Assembly (NCBI GenBank): GCA_051362555.1
Contig: CM120643.1
Location: 26,912,848 to 26,976,847 of the forward strand
Source: Lingula anatina
Lineage: Eukaryota; Animalia; Brachiopoda
Direction: 5' to 3'
Length of the DNA stretch: 64,000 nucleotides
Shown: in pieces, positions 1 to 13,270 of the stretch
How the letters are laid out: every line of letters starts with the position of its first letter
Position numbering within the stretch: position 1 is the first letter of the stretch
Program-made: the position numbers and the translations under genes
The notes under the pieces: generated by a model
Database searches by the model: none
Told to the model about the DNA's origin: nothing
Seen by the model: only the letters and a program-made list of their open reading frames with translations

Positions 1-571
1 ATGACTCCTAACCCAGTGGCGGATTTAGAGGGGGGGGGGGGGGGGGGGGGGGGGGATGGGGTCGGGGGTCCTGACCCCCCCCCCTTCGATTTCTGGTCCC
101 CCTCTTGAAATTATAATTTTGACTAGCTGAATCATAGTTGTAAACGATACCAAATGGCACTATCCGCCCTTTTAAATACCAAAAATTCTCGGGCCCTTAC
201 GAAATGATATTGAAACTGCTTCTGTGACACTGGATTACAATGATTTAGATAATATGGGAAAAAATGCAGTGTCCTTGAAATTAGGGTCATAGCCCTGAAC
301 CCTGGTGACTCTGAAAAAAGTTGCAAAAGATTGGCGGTACCTCATTCAAAAGAGATGATGCTAAATATGTTTTATAACATTAGGTTACCAATATTAGGAC
401 ATCATGTTATTTTTTGCGCGCAAAGTGTCTTGACCTTGTGATTAGGTCATGACCTTGATTTCCAGTGACCCTGAAAGAAGTTTTAGATGATTGGGGATCC
501 CTCACTTAGTATAGGAGTTTATACTTAAAACATGTATCTGTGGCATTGGGTTCCCAAGATATGGACTTTAA

Positions 572-2532
572 CAGGGGCGTAACCAGACCTTTTTTTAAAT
601 TGTACGCACAGAATTTCAAAATTCCCAGGTATAGCTAAATGTAGATCGACTTACGCAAAAGATGAAGGGCCGTTTAAATTATATGTGCCAAATATAATAG
701 CTTAGTTTTCACCGTTTATAAAATCATTACTTAAAGTTTAAAATATTCCCACAGTATAATTAAGTTCCAGTAAATTATTTCACCCAGAACCAACGCTTTT
801 TCCGGCATTGGGGTGCAGGCCGTCCATAATTGCCATCTGTATCTTACTTCAAAATTTCAGGGCCTCAAACTTTTCCAAAAGCCGTGAGCGGGGGTGGGGG
901 TGGGGTACAAATTAATGGAGTCTTTTTTTAATAATAAATTTCATTGGGAAAGAGGGTTAAAAATAATTGATACCGATCTCCCGTCACGCTCTTCCACGAA
1001 AGACCGCCCTTGTATGAATATAAAAATTGCCTTCTCGTCTCGCTCGGATCGCGAACGATCTCTGGCTGACAATCTTCTGCGAACGAAGTCCATTGAACGA
1101 ATGTGAAAATCGCTTTCTCTTTTCGCTCAGATCACGCTCGATCTCCCGCTGAAGATACAAAAATTGGCTTCTTGTCTCGCTGCGGTCGGTAACTATCTCT
1201 TGTTCCCGATCCTCGGTTAACGAAGTCTCTTGAACAAATATGAAAATTGCCTTCTAGTCTGTTTCGGATTGCGAAGATTCTCTCGCCGAAGATTTAAAAA
1301 TTGCCTTTCTTATGCATTAGCTTTGTCAGATGCCATACGTATAAAGATCCGAAAGGTGTCCTCTTTCATAATATGGCGGCAAGTTAGGTCATATTTCATT
1401 TAGGGCCTACACGTGTTTTGTACCGAATGTAGATCATTCTTGTCACTTCTGCATTATGTATTTTAAAGTTAATGGAAACATTTTATTGTGTTTTGTAAGC
1501 TTAAGGTAGTAGTTACGTCGTGACTGAAAAACACCGTGCACTAGAAAGAAGTTTAATATTCATACGTCAAATTACTGCAATGGATTTTCATACGACGTCC
1601 ACAGCTGCCCCGACAAGTTAAGACTTTTTTAATCAGCTGCTGTCCAATTGGCAGCTGGAGGACTCGCTGAAAAAAGCCTTGCTTAGAATGGTATATTTAT
1701 TGAACTAAGGGCTTACTGACACAAACTATGAAAACATATGCAAATTATGCCCGCTTGTATCAAGCTAAATTCTTAATAACGGTGAGGCACCTTTGTTCGA
1801 TGTGGTTTGTTGCGGTTATCCCGAGTTGTCAGAAAATAATCTTAAGAACAGTTGATCGTTGTAGGATTCTTACACCTTCTTGCTATATTATTCGTCATGT
1901 CCATGGTCAGCTTAAAGATGAATCTTCTAAAAGTTGAACTTATATATGGTATCATCCAAAATCAACCAATTATATTACAGGATAAAGCTCTGTTTGTTTG
2001 TGAAAATTGCCCATATCACCCTGTTAGTTTAGAGGGTTAAGCTGGGTCAAGTCCGTGTCAAAATTCTTTACAGTTTTGCAGGAAATATTTTTTTTGTTTC
2101 TCTGGCTCCTTATAAAGCCCGTTGTCCAGATTTTATCTAGTGTCCTCAGGTCTGCTGGAGCTGCTGTTTGAAAATAACACAGGTAGATTTTTATCTGAGA
2201 TAAATATCGCCATCGAGTGAGCATTCGACACACTTAAGACAAAGGCTACCTGAGAGTTGAAGGGCATTCAAACTTCCAATTAAGAGGTAAAGGAAGTTCC
2301 AGCTAGATGGACGATTTACCTCAGTTCTGTGAAAGCAAACGAGACGGGGGCGTCAGAACAATGGTGCGTATACGATTCATACAGAAGATTTGTACATTCA
2401 GGTGACTCTAACTTGCAATCGAAGAGGATTTTTCGTGAAAATACACTAAATTTATAGAGAATAATATCATGATTGGCTCAAAAAAAAATTGTACGCACAG
2501 TGCATCCGTGCGTATGCCTAGTTACGCCCATG
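572..2532. mobile_element. Non-autonomous TIR DNA transposon
   Basis: Termini CAGGGGCGTAACCAG / CTAGTTACGCCCATG are inverted; TTTAA duplicated on both flanks; degenerate internal repeats at 1020-1310. Confidence 0.65.
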
Positions 2533-2659
2533 TTTAAGGTGACCCAAGTACCCCATTCAATGGCGATCATTTTGGATTTAGGCGGAAAAGACAGTATTGT
2601 ATTAAAATAACATGAACTCTGTCCCACATTTATTAATAGCAAGAATTATTTTATTTTAG

Positions 2660-3531
2660 ACATGTCTGCACTCAACAGAGAAGTATATCTTTCAGTATCT
2701 ATCAAATGGTCAGCAATCGAGAACGTCTTTCTTGTGATAGTTACATTTACGCGTACTGTCAGCGATACAAGTAAGTAGTGTTACCTATTATTTATACTAA
2801 TATTATATTGATGAGCACCAACTGTGATATTTTCCCTATAGTGTGCATCAAAAAATATACATCAGTCACGACAGCTGTACCAGAAGTATTCCAAAAACGC
2901 GGGTTTGGAAGCGATGTATCAGATACAGGCAGAGGATGGGGGTTGCATATCCCTAGTTTGCTTTTATTTAATATTTAGATTTTTTCTTTCAAATCTACAC
3001 TTTATGTTTAACCTCAAAATTATTTTTAGTGATACTTATTGTTTATCATAGATAAATGTTTTAACGCTACTGTATGTCCTATATTCTCATTTATTATGTT
3101 CAGGAAATATACCTAAGTAAATCTTTATGGGCGGCAAAATGTAAGACTATACAGTGGGTAAGGTCAGAATTCCAGGTATGTTATGTGTTATGTGTTAGTA
3201 TTACAGATCTGTTAACATTCCTGTTAACGCAGATAAGAAAACATGGTGTTCTGGTAAACAGTCTGTTGACATGTGCTCAACATCCTGCTATTCTGCTGCA
3301 ACATGTTGTTAACAGGCTGATAGCCCCATTTTGACCCATTTCCTGCTGTGTGGCACCAACAAGAATAGCACAGTGGGAATCCCCAAGTCAACTTCCATAT
3401 ACATATGCTGTTTATCTTGTTCTTTACCATGACAATTTTATAACTTCCTTTAAAGGAATAAAATACTTAAATGGTGTTCATCGACACATTTCGAATGTAT
3501 GTAAGCTATGAAGAAACCTATGAATAAAGTC

Positions 3532-3563
<32 letters not shown>

Positions 3564-6371
3564 CACTTTTCTTCATCAATAGAGTATCACTTAAACTGCT
3601 TCTGGTTTTGGTCTCTGACAGGTAATCTGAATATGAAAACTAACTTTTGATTTTTTTTCAGTTCAGGTTAAAATTAAAAAAAAGGCAACTGCAAAACGAT
3701 TCAAGTGTCCACGGGCTCTGAATTAACAGCAGCTGTACGATTGTAGTTTTTGGCTCTCTCGAGTGCAATAGCCTGCAAATCAGGCTCAAATATCATCTTC
3801 ACTGAGGAGGCTACTAGAAATTAGACCAAAACTAAATGTCTGCTAACACTAACATATTCAGTCTTGACCTCTTGAAGATGTAACACCAGCTTAACCACTT
3901 GGTGGTTAAACTTTCTAAAATTAAGAGGAATTCAAATGTTTTATTTCTGACGTGCTAAATATCGAAAGCAGATAAGCTAAATATATTCTGTGAAAACTCC
4001 TCGTTGATCCCCACAGAAACGGATTAAAAAATTTAAGCTTAACATTCATTTAGTTTGCTCTGATTAATTTAACATTTTATGTAACAGAGACACCGTCTGT
4101 TACAGGAACTGTAGTTTTCAACAGATCTGCTACACTAACATTGGTGTTACACTAGTGTTTAGTAAGAGGTCAGAATTGTTGATTAATGCAACATATGTGT
4201 AACATATCTGTAACACTAACACTTAACACATAACATACCTGGAATTCTGACCTCACCCAGTGTGGTTTCCAAGACAGGTGAGACAGGAATGGTAATCTTA
4301 GGAATGGTTGTCCGGGGTCCAATATGATTAGTACAGGTTAGGGTTGGTTGGAGTATTCCCAGCAGGCATAGTGACGTTGGATCAACGTTGAAAACAGGTT
4401 GATACGTTGAATTGCCGTTGATCTACCTAAATTCAACGTAAAATCAACGTTGATCCAGCCACGTCAAAACACCGTCATATGTGACGTTGACTCAACGTTG
4501 TATTTTGGTCATTGACTCAACGTCGTTGTTCGGTCGTCGTGATGCAAGACAATATTAATTATTGAAAACGTGATACTTTGTTTATCAATACTGTAACTAA
4601 CTTTCTCAGAATATTTAAAAAAAGTGTTTTAAAGTAAAAGTGACAGTTGTTTTGTGTCTTCAGTGAGCTAGTGAATTTTCTTTACTTGTTATTCAGAAAT
4701 ACTTTCCAATAAACTTCCTTGCAAGGTCAGCTAACACTAGGATGAATAAGTCGCTGTAAATGTAATTGAGTGAAGTTAACAAAGTTGACAGTTCTCGGTA
4801 CCCTTTTATAGATAGACAGGTTGAGGTGACTGTGACTTTGTTAAAACTAAACCTTGGAAATCCTAACTTAAAGCCCATACATATATGCCCTACAAACATT
4901 TAGCCATCAAACCTGTCCTACTGCTGAACACATCCAGGCTAAAAGGGTGTACCATGCTTAGGAGCTAAAAGTGTTGAAAAAATCAGACAAAGCAGGTACT
5001 TGAATGTTTTAACAGTGTACGTTATAATTGTGTACCTGAGTTTTGTACCAAAATTAAAAACATTTCACGTCATTTTAATGTCCTCATGCAAGAATGTTGT
5101 CTAACAACTGAGGTTGATACAATGTTGTTATCTGACGTTGATCCAACTTTCAAATCCAACGTATATCCAACGTCTTATCAACGTTATGGTTCAACGTTGT
5201 TTCAACGTTAAAATAACATAATTTGCCCGCTGGTCTGTATGGGACAAATGTGTGTCCACAGTAATGGAGAACGTGCTACTGTTCCCAGCGGACTACCATT
5301 CCGGTCACACTGGCGTAAGCTATTGTTCGTATAAAGTATAAACATCATACCAAACAATTACCAGATACATTTTTGACGTTCTTTTGTTTATATCAAGGAG
5401 TGTTTGGTTTCTTGTCTGGATATGAACATTTAAATAAATAAGTTGTCTATTAAAACACAAAACCAAGCTGTTTAATGGTGGACTACGAATACCTTCAAAT
5501 GCTTCAGTGGAGATAGGTTAAACCAAAAGCCATTGCATTGTTTTCATGAGGCATTTTTCAAAGATACCGAATTTAAGATCGGATGGACGATGATCTCTTA
5601 GATGTATGTGCATGGTCTATGTAATTGGTGAAAATATTTCAGAGTATCTTTGTTATGGTAAAAGTAGGATAAGAAAGATTTTTGGAATCGCAAAATTATT
5701 TATGTTTGGTACATGCAGAAACCAATCCCGCTGCCCAAAGAACGACAGAGTGCAGGTGTCAGTAAACTGAGGGTCCGTGTAACAAAAAGTCCGCCGTCCA
5801 TATAGTTATAATGGTAAGGGTTAGTTTGACCTAAGTGGGTCAAATTCTAGGGCGAGGCTCACCTTAACAAATGAATGGGAAGCGGACTCTCTGTCATGGG
5901 GGTCTTTCTGGTACACGACACCGGTGATCTATATAGAAAGAAGTTACTAATTTTTGAGCCACTCACGTCATTGATAGGGTATAATTAGTAGTATTACCTT
6001 GGTGATACAGGGAAGCTGATCAATTTTGTAAGAAAAGTCAATTGTTAAACCTACAGTAATAAATGTAGTACGTTCATTGTTTGTCGATTTTTAACTTTTT
6101 AAAAAACCTAATCCGCCTCCGTTCATCTACCTGCCAGCAAGGGCGTCCCTTTATTTTCCAGATATGGTACAGTGTACCGCGCCGTGAATAAGTACAACAC
6201 ACGATATTACCAGGTTGAATTCTGTTGCTCGGGTTGGGCACGAATTGGATCAACGTGTAACACACGTGAGTGAAATAAATTGCATGTCGTCACCTTATTT
6301 GCTTATATACCTGGTTATCTAGACAATCGGTCATGTTTCTGTTAGTCCATTTTTTTCCATTCACTTAAACA

Positions 6372-6436
<65 letters not shown>

Positions 6437-6769
6437 AATCTGAGCCTTATTACCATCATAGCTTCTTCGAATCCTAACCCAGTACATATGTACTGACATG
6501 TATCGATTACACGGGTTTGTTGAGCCTTTGTTTATATAGAACACTATTGTGAACAATATTCTTATGTTTATGTATTTTTCTGTATAAATGTGCTTATTTA
6601 TTTAAATGTATATAACCACTGCCATAATCTTCATTCATTTTTTTGCATTTCTATTCTTTACAAGCAATCTGTAGTGGCGGGTGTCTCCATGGTTCTTGTA
6701 CCGCCCCCAATGTGTGCACCTGTACAAGCGGTTACAGTGGAGCACTGTGTGATGCCGGTAAGTATCTAA

Positions 6770-6802
<33 letters not shown>

Positions 6803-9800
6803 CAGTAGTGAGGTATTTGTGGTAATAAAACACACAATACTCTTAGAAGTAACAGAAGCAGTAGTGCCAGTAGTTTTTGAAATCGTTTATTGGAATTGTT
6901 GATATTCTTATCATCATAGCAGTCGTAGCAGAAGTAGACAGGTAGTGATATCAACAGCAGTCTAGACGCAGAGGTAGTATCAGTGACAGTGGTACCAGTA
7001 GCAGTAATAGAAGCAGCAACAGAGGAAGTAGCAGAATCTGTAATAGCCATAATAATAGTGCATGTAGTCGTCATCGAAGTAGTAGAAGTAGCGCCATGCA
7101 GCAGCAGCAGCAGCAAAAACAGTTATAGACTGTAAAAGAAGCAGCATTAGTGGTAGTGCTGGTGGTGGTAGCAGTAACAGAAATTCCACATTGTATAGTA
7201 ATAGCAGGAGCAACAGCAGTACATGTAGTAGTTGTTACATCAATTATAGTTGCAGTAGTAGTAGCAGCAATACCAATTACCACATTACCAGTAACAGAAG
7301 CAGAAGTTGCAGCAGTAGTATAAGAGATACCCAGTCCTATTTTAAAACTGTATACGTAACATGTTAGTAATTAGAAAAATAAAATATTAAATTTCACATT
7401 GGTATTTCCTTTTGCTGCTTTTTGAATAAATGACAGGGGGTTAGGTTAAATCATTATCTCTAAATTGAAAAGGCATTCATAAAATATAATGACTCTAGGT
7501 AAACTGTATTGTAATGTAGGAAAAAAGTAATATAACCGTTGCTATTATAACAGTCACACATACATGTTCACATTAACACATTTTATTAAAAAAATTCATA
7601 GATGTCGACGAATGTTCCACAGGCAATGGCGGCTGTGCCCATAGCTGTACCAACACCGTGGGAAATTTCTTTTGTACCTGTAGGACTGGATTTGTATTGG
7701 ACGGGAACGGTCTGACTTGCTCTGGTAAGGAAGATATTTGGTTAAAAAATCATTTCCGATAAGTTTTAGAGCACATGAATTATGACGTGTGCTGTTTTGT
7801 ACTTCCTTGACCGGTCACGCACAGTGTCGCCTAGTACGGTGAATAAGGTTTAGATATTTTGTTGAGTAAAAGTGATAATAATAACATGTTGTTAAGCAGT
7901 TAAATTTCAGAGATGATATCTTTATTGAGGTTATATTTGAGGCCAATACATTTGTTAATAGTAAGTATAGTCGGATGTAAATGATAAGTGTTGTTTAGCT
8001 TTCGAGTGAATTAAAAAAAAGGCAGCATCATTGAAAGCTATTTTGAATTTTGAGCATTTGTTAAAAGTAAAAGTGATGTACGAATCAAATTGATTCTAGC
8101 ATCCATTTTTTCAGGCACAGTGAGATATTGTTAAGTTAAAATGTATTAATTTTCTTTTTAAAATAAGATCAAAGTTTCCGTGTGGATTGCATTTTTTTAA
8201 ACCATATATTCTTTGTAAAGAAAAGAGGTGTTTTGCACTGTGTTCACCTGTGGCGTGTAGTGTCGATCAAGACATCTTAGATCAAGACATAACTTGTGCA
8301 AACATAATTCTGTTTTATGTTGAGCACTTATGCATGTCAAAGTTATTTTAACGTTGTGTTACACAATATATGTTGATATACAGTAAATATTTGATTCAAG
8401 CTTTGTTCCAAGACTACAAACTCGTAATAATAAAAAGAAGATTGTGCAGATTTCTTTCTAAATACGTTTTTTTTATGAAAGATGTAAAACTTATTTACCT
8501 CGTGGCTTGTACTAAAACAAAATACATTCTGTGTAACAGCTGTGTATCAATTTCAGACCGCGACGAGTGCTCAACGTCACATCATTGCTGCGAGCAGAAA
8601 TGTAACAATCTTCATGGGAGCTACAACTGCTCCTGTAATAAAGGCTACGTTCTTGCTGCTGACAAGAAATTCTGCAACGGTAAGACAAAGAACGCGGCTA
8701 ACAAAAATCATTATTACCTTTCATTTTTTTAAATTGTTAAAGTTTCCCTCGAGGTGATCATCGTTCCTTGGTTAGTAGTATAAGCAAGGATATTATTCGT
8801 AAATCGTGAGAACATATGTCATTTTCTATACGACCAAACATACAAAGTATAAGTAATAGATAGACCCCGAGTCAGCGAGGGTTATGTGGCATACACGAGT
8901 GCGAAGCCACGGGTCCATTAGCGGGTTATAACCCATTCATGCGAGATGTGTGGTTACGCGAGTTACACCACGTCTGAGTCTTTTTTTCTTTACTTCCACC
9001 GTGGTCCAAACATATATACAGATGTCGTCTCACTTTTCAGACGTTGACGAGTGCAGCAAGGAAACTCATGCCTGTGATCAAAACTGTCACAATACACGTG
9101 GTAGCTACACGTGTTCATGTAAAACTGGGTATGAACTTGTGTCCGATGGACGTGGATGTATAGGTAAAATATTCTACTGAACTTGATTGATGCATTTTAT
9201 TCTTAGCTGATCATATAGCTAATGTAATTTCCAATACGACTTATTATTTTGGTAACATTTAGTCACATTACACAAAGTAACATTTCTTTTTTTTTCAGAT
9301 GTTGACGAGTGCAGTAATGGGACTCATGTCTGTGATCACAACTGTCACAATACACGTGGTAGCTACACGTGTTCATGTAGAAATGGGTATGAACTGGCGT
9401 CCGATGGACGTGAATGTATTGGTAAATAGTATTCTCACGGATTAGCGTGTATAGTGTCACAGTGCACATGTCAGCTGCTTGTTTTATAAAATTCTTGTGT
9501 TGAACAGTTCTGTAGGGTAGTGTTGTATGATAAATGCACGTTGTTCTTAGTTAATCATAATATAAGATGCATTTCCCAATACGACCAATGGATTTTGTAA
9601 CATTTGGTCACATTGAACAGGGCCCCGAAAGCATCGCGCGTTGCGACCGAGCGCAAGCGTCTCGATTCCAAAACTCACCCATACTCGTCCCGTATAATAC
9701 ATTGTATCCTCTATGTGATATCGCTACTCGCAACGCTCGATGCTTTCGAGTTAGGGGGCCTAGGTCTACTTTTATTTACTTTTCAGATGTTGACGAGTGT

Positions 9801-11458
9801 AGTAACGGATCTCATGCCTGTGATCACAACTGTCACAATACACTTGGTAGCTACACGTGTTCATGTAGAAATGGGTATGAACTGGCCTCCGATGAACGCG
9901 GCTGTATAGGTAAATGGTTGCTTATAGGTTCTAGTGCCAGGCATGCTTTGATTGACCAGACTGTAACCTGTTGCTGTCATAACTGTCTAGCTTTCTGCTT
10001 CATAGACAATCCAGCTTCACGCCTTCCTATTATTTGTCATCTCAAGAGGTAACTTGTGATGATTGAAAACAGGCCTATTAATTAAGTAATAATCCAGATA
10101 ACAAATAACGTGTCATGACGTTATCAGGTGGTTACATGCTGGTTATAGTACACAATGATATTATGATAACGTCATGGTAACGCCTTACGTGCTTTTTTAA
10201 CTCCACGCAGATTAATGCCCCATCTAACAAAAGACTTTGTGGTAACGTAATAATTGTCGAGAGATTCAAAGGCCGTTTCTACTAAACTTTATGATAGCGT
10301 TATCTTGTGGAGTTTTATTATGCTAAAATATATATATGCTAAAACCGTCGAAAATCTGCAACTTGCACCCTACATAAAGTTAGCCGTTAATCGGGTCATA
10401 CTCCATTCAGGCTAAAAGCGTGTAACATGCTTAGGAGCTAAACGCGTTGAAATAATGAGACAAGACAGGCGCTTAGAAATGGTTGAAGGTTGAACCAAGG
10501 AGTTCCGTGGTTGAAATGATATAAATACTGTGTACCAAGTGTAAAGGGAACAAAAAATCGCCATCTGGATCATTCAGTAACTAAGATTGTGCTGGTGCGG
10601 AGCCAGCCCTCACCCCCCTTGGCGTGAATTTCGGGGCCCGCTGATGGGTATTGTTATTTTTGGGGCGAACGGTGTCATGTGGTGGGGTAAGCTAGTCAAA
10701 ATTCAAAATCTCCTAGAGGAGATTTTTTTCAGAAATCGAAGGGGGGTCAGTACCCCACGTACACACCCTAAATCCGCCACTGCATGGAAACTAAGATTGT
10801 ACATGCACGTTTTATGAAACCTGATCGCTCGTTGTATTTATTTCTTGGGCTTCTTTTAAAATGAATTATCTAAGGACATGCACGCACAAGGCATCAAGTG
10901 GGATTAAACAATGTAAAAATTTCAACAACTGTCCTAATATCAAGCCGTTAAAAATTGTACCATATTAATTAAAAAAACTCTTACGTTCCGGTTTTTAATT
11001 TTACTATAGGTCTACAAATGAAGGCAGCAATTGATGCAGCAGCGCCAGTAGATCAGGGTACGGAAAACAAATTAGTTACTATCATCGGCGTGACATTGGC
11101 CGTCATTGTGGCTGTCATCCTCGCCGCTATCTCGGTTTTCTTTGTATGTCGACGCTATAAGAACAGGGACAGAAGTCCAGCGACAAAACGCTCCTCGACA
11201 CCAGATGTTACCCAGGCGCAGGATTACGACAATGTTGCCTATGAAAACGCCAAAGTCCTGCCAGCATCAAAACACAGAACGGAGAAGAATAGTGATGGGA
11301 GGCAACATACGGGGCCTTGGACAGTGCAAACCGATACTACAAATGCCTCGAACCCAGACCAGCCCTATGAAGGCATGATGATAAGGGACGTCACAGAGCA
11401 GAAGCCATACTCTCAGTTATTAATAAGAGGAGATGTACCGATTCCTACTGATATATGA
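2660..11458 (+). CDS. EMI-NIM-cbEGF(x5) type I transmembrane receptor, paralogue 1 (5' partial; signal-peptide exon not found in window)
   Basis: Phase-compatible GT-AG exons: 2660-2770 (HVCTQQRS...[12 protein letters not shown]), 6162-6265 (...[14 protein letters not shown]), 6665-6757 ([24 protein letters not shown]), cbEGF exons 7602-7724, 8557-8679, 9041-9163, 9299-9421, 9787-9909 (123 nt each, phase 1-1, DxDEC), terminal exon 11010-11458 with [25 protein letters not shown] followed by RRYK. Confidence 0.88.
3152..4262. mobile_element. Non-autonomous TIR element (CA[C/G]TG termini)
   Basis: Left cagtgggtaaggtcagaattccaggtatgttatgtgtta versus right taacacataacatacctggaattctgacctcacccagtg; inverted match of at least 39 bp; TGTT/AACA-rich subterminal repeats. 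Confidence 0.8.
4276..5313. mobile_element. Small TIR element carrying a nested CCCAGC...GCTGG element (4358-5233)
   Basis: Outer caggtgagacaggaatggtaatc / gactaccattccggtcacactg are imperfectly inverted; inner element cccagcaggcat ... atttgcccgctgg has many AACGTT subterminal repeats. Confidence 0.55.
6376..6433. repeat. (TA)n microsatellite
   Basis: Direct inspection; other (TA)n tracts at 44849-44908 and 46631-46668. Confidence 0.95.
6770..7320. repeat. Degenerate (AGT/AGC)n low-complexity tract after NIM exon
   Basis: Homologous tracts follow the NIM exon of paralogue 2 (19277-19640) and paralogue 3 (41581-41606). Confidence 0.9.
9619..9761. mobile_element. Harbinger/Tourist-like MITE
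   Basis: Inverted termini gggccccgaaagcatcg / cgatgctttcgagttagggggcc; absent from the homologous intron in paralogue 3 (about 46783-46833); related copy at 29394-29500. Confidence 0.65.
10591..10788 (-). mobile_element. ~200-bp insertion with 12-bp target-site duplication
   Basis: AACTAAGATTGT at 10579-10590 and 10789-10800; single copy at the homologous site in paralogue 3 (about 47765). Ends in cctaaatccgccactg, the reverse complement of the cagtggcggatttag repeat at position 14. Confidence 0.7.
11010..11458 (+). CDS. Paralogue 1 terminal exon: TM + tyrosine-motif tail
   Basis: Acceptor ttactatag at 11001-11009; hydrophobic helix then YDNV, YEN, YEGM-x10-YSQL; TGA at 11456-11458. Confidence 0.9.
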
Positions 11459-11572
11459 AAATAAGTCAGCCTACCACCGCAAAACTCAGCAAAACGACTA
11501 ATAGTATGCTTGCCTTAAAACTGGTAGCAAGGTTAATTAGCAGGACAACCTATCGATTCGCTTTAGTTCAGG

Positions 11573-11605
<33 letters not shown>

Positions 11606-13270
11606 GAGTGAATGTAACTGCATTTTATATCTTATATTGACTTACAAATTACATGTACATACATTTATGCTCATTGTTGATTGATGTATCAGCCGAACTT
11701 GAACTTGTTCCAGGGTCCAGACTGAGAAGTTTTCAAGTAGTTAAGTTTCTCGCTTTCCGTTAAAAGAAGCCTACAGATGTTTTTCCTAATTTAAGTTTGC
11801 GCCCTTCATAACAAATATTTTTGTATTTTTTTTATACTTTGAAAAAGGTATTTACTAATGGATTTTCTAATATTCTCTACGAACCATTTTTCGCACTGTG
11901 GTGTGAGGAGCATGTTCCAGTTGATAGTATGATGCAATGAGTGTTCTGGCTAGTGAAGATATAATTCCTCATCACGTGACTATTTTGAATTTCAGCAATT
12001 TTTCTTATAAACAAGGCATGCTCTGTCTACATGTATAATCGAGCAGAAAATGATTTTTTACAGATTAAGTTGTACATTTTGAAAGTACACCTTCACAATC
12101 AAAATTCGCCTTTTCTGCATCACGAAAGTGATACTTATGAACTACGGTATATGTATATAAAGTTATTTTGTCCATTTTGTGCTTTTATAAATAAATGACC
12201 AGTTTTCTGGTTTTTATATACTACAGGAAAAATATCATGAATGATAAATAAGGGCTACAAAAGCCTTAAATAACGAACTTAATTTATGCAATCCAATGCG
12301 ATACAAAGTTTATATAAAAATTCTCTCCTTAGGTAATGCAACACGCAAAGTTGGTGTTTAATAAATGATCCAAAGTGATTTGATTATATGATGACTCAGA
12401 AGAATACATAAATGATGCATTTGAAGCAAGTTGACATATAAACAATTGCCCCCAAACCGACCAAAGTACCAACACATAGTTTTAAAAAACGTAACTTGCA
12501 GAAATATCAAATATTATCTAAAAAGTTCACTGTTTGTCGATCATATGTTTCTTGGCTCAACTTGATAGAGATCGCTATATCTGGAACAGAAGAAAAGTAA
12601 AATACATGAGACTCTACGTGAGAAATACTCCTTCCATGCTCCCCAGAAAAAAAAATCATATTCTAACAGATATTTTTAATGCACTAGTTAATTTTCCACC
12701 ACCTTTTTACCCTTGGTATGTCGACCACTTTGTAAAAAGGAAGTTTGTTTAACAAATGACTTCTGCTTTAGGCCTGGGTCAATGTTATTAGGTATACCGT
12801 CAACAGGCAATGTTAGTTGCTTAGCAGGAGAAGGAGCGTGCAAAAGAACTTTCGCTTTTTCTATCGACGGAACTCAAAATATCAAGCGAAATAACGAAGA
12901 AAATTAACTTTCTGAACCGGCATCCGGACCTTACTAAATGCAAGCGGAAAAAGGAACACACATAGGAATGTTGATGCTACTTTAATTTAGACAGTTAACA
13001 GTCCGTACCTTTGGCCCTTTTTTGCTGAAACTTAAAATTATATCTTAAACTTGTAAATAAATTGCGATGCATGATTATCGTTCATATGATAAATATTTAA
13101 CTATATGTACTTTGAATTCGTACTTTGTGTATTAATCAAAGTACAAATGTTAATAAAATGATACTTTCAACTAACAACTGTTTCTGGTGTAATTTTAAGA
13201 AATCACGAAAATTCTAACAGGAAACTAGCCCCAGACACTACTCTTAATTCATGTGCACATAAATGTAATA

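Noticed and set aside
28-85. G-runs as functional G-quadruplex elements (also 22902, 25840, 26544)
   Set aside because: Homopolymer tracts within common short repeats; their lengths are unreliable and nothing supports function.
1560-2400. Possible transposase remnant inside the 572-2532 element
   Set aside because: No recognisable DDE or hAT dimerisation motifs in the frames I could read.
3074-3334. Possible EMI exon after ttcag at about 3103
   Set aside because: Stop codon in the required phase, and it runs into a TIR element. The true EMI-b exon is 6162-6265.
6635-7283. Poly-Leu/Val/Thr/Ser/Tyr ORFs here and at 19120-19679
   Set aside because: Translations of intronic (AGT)n microsatellite.
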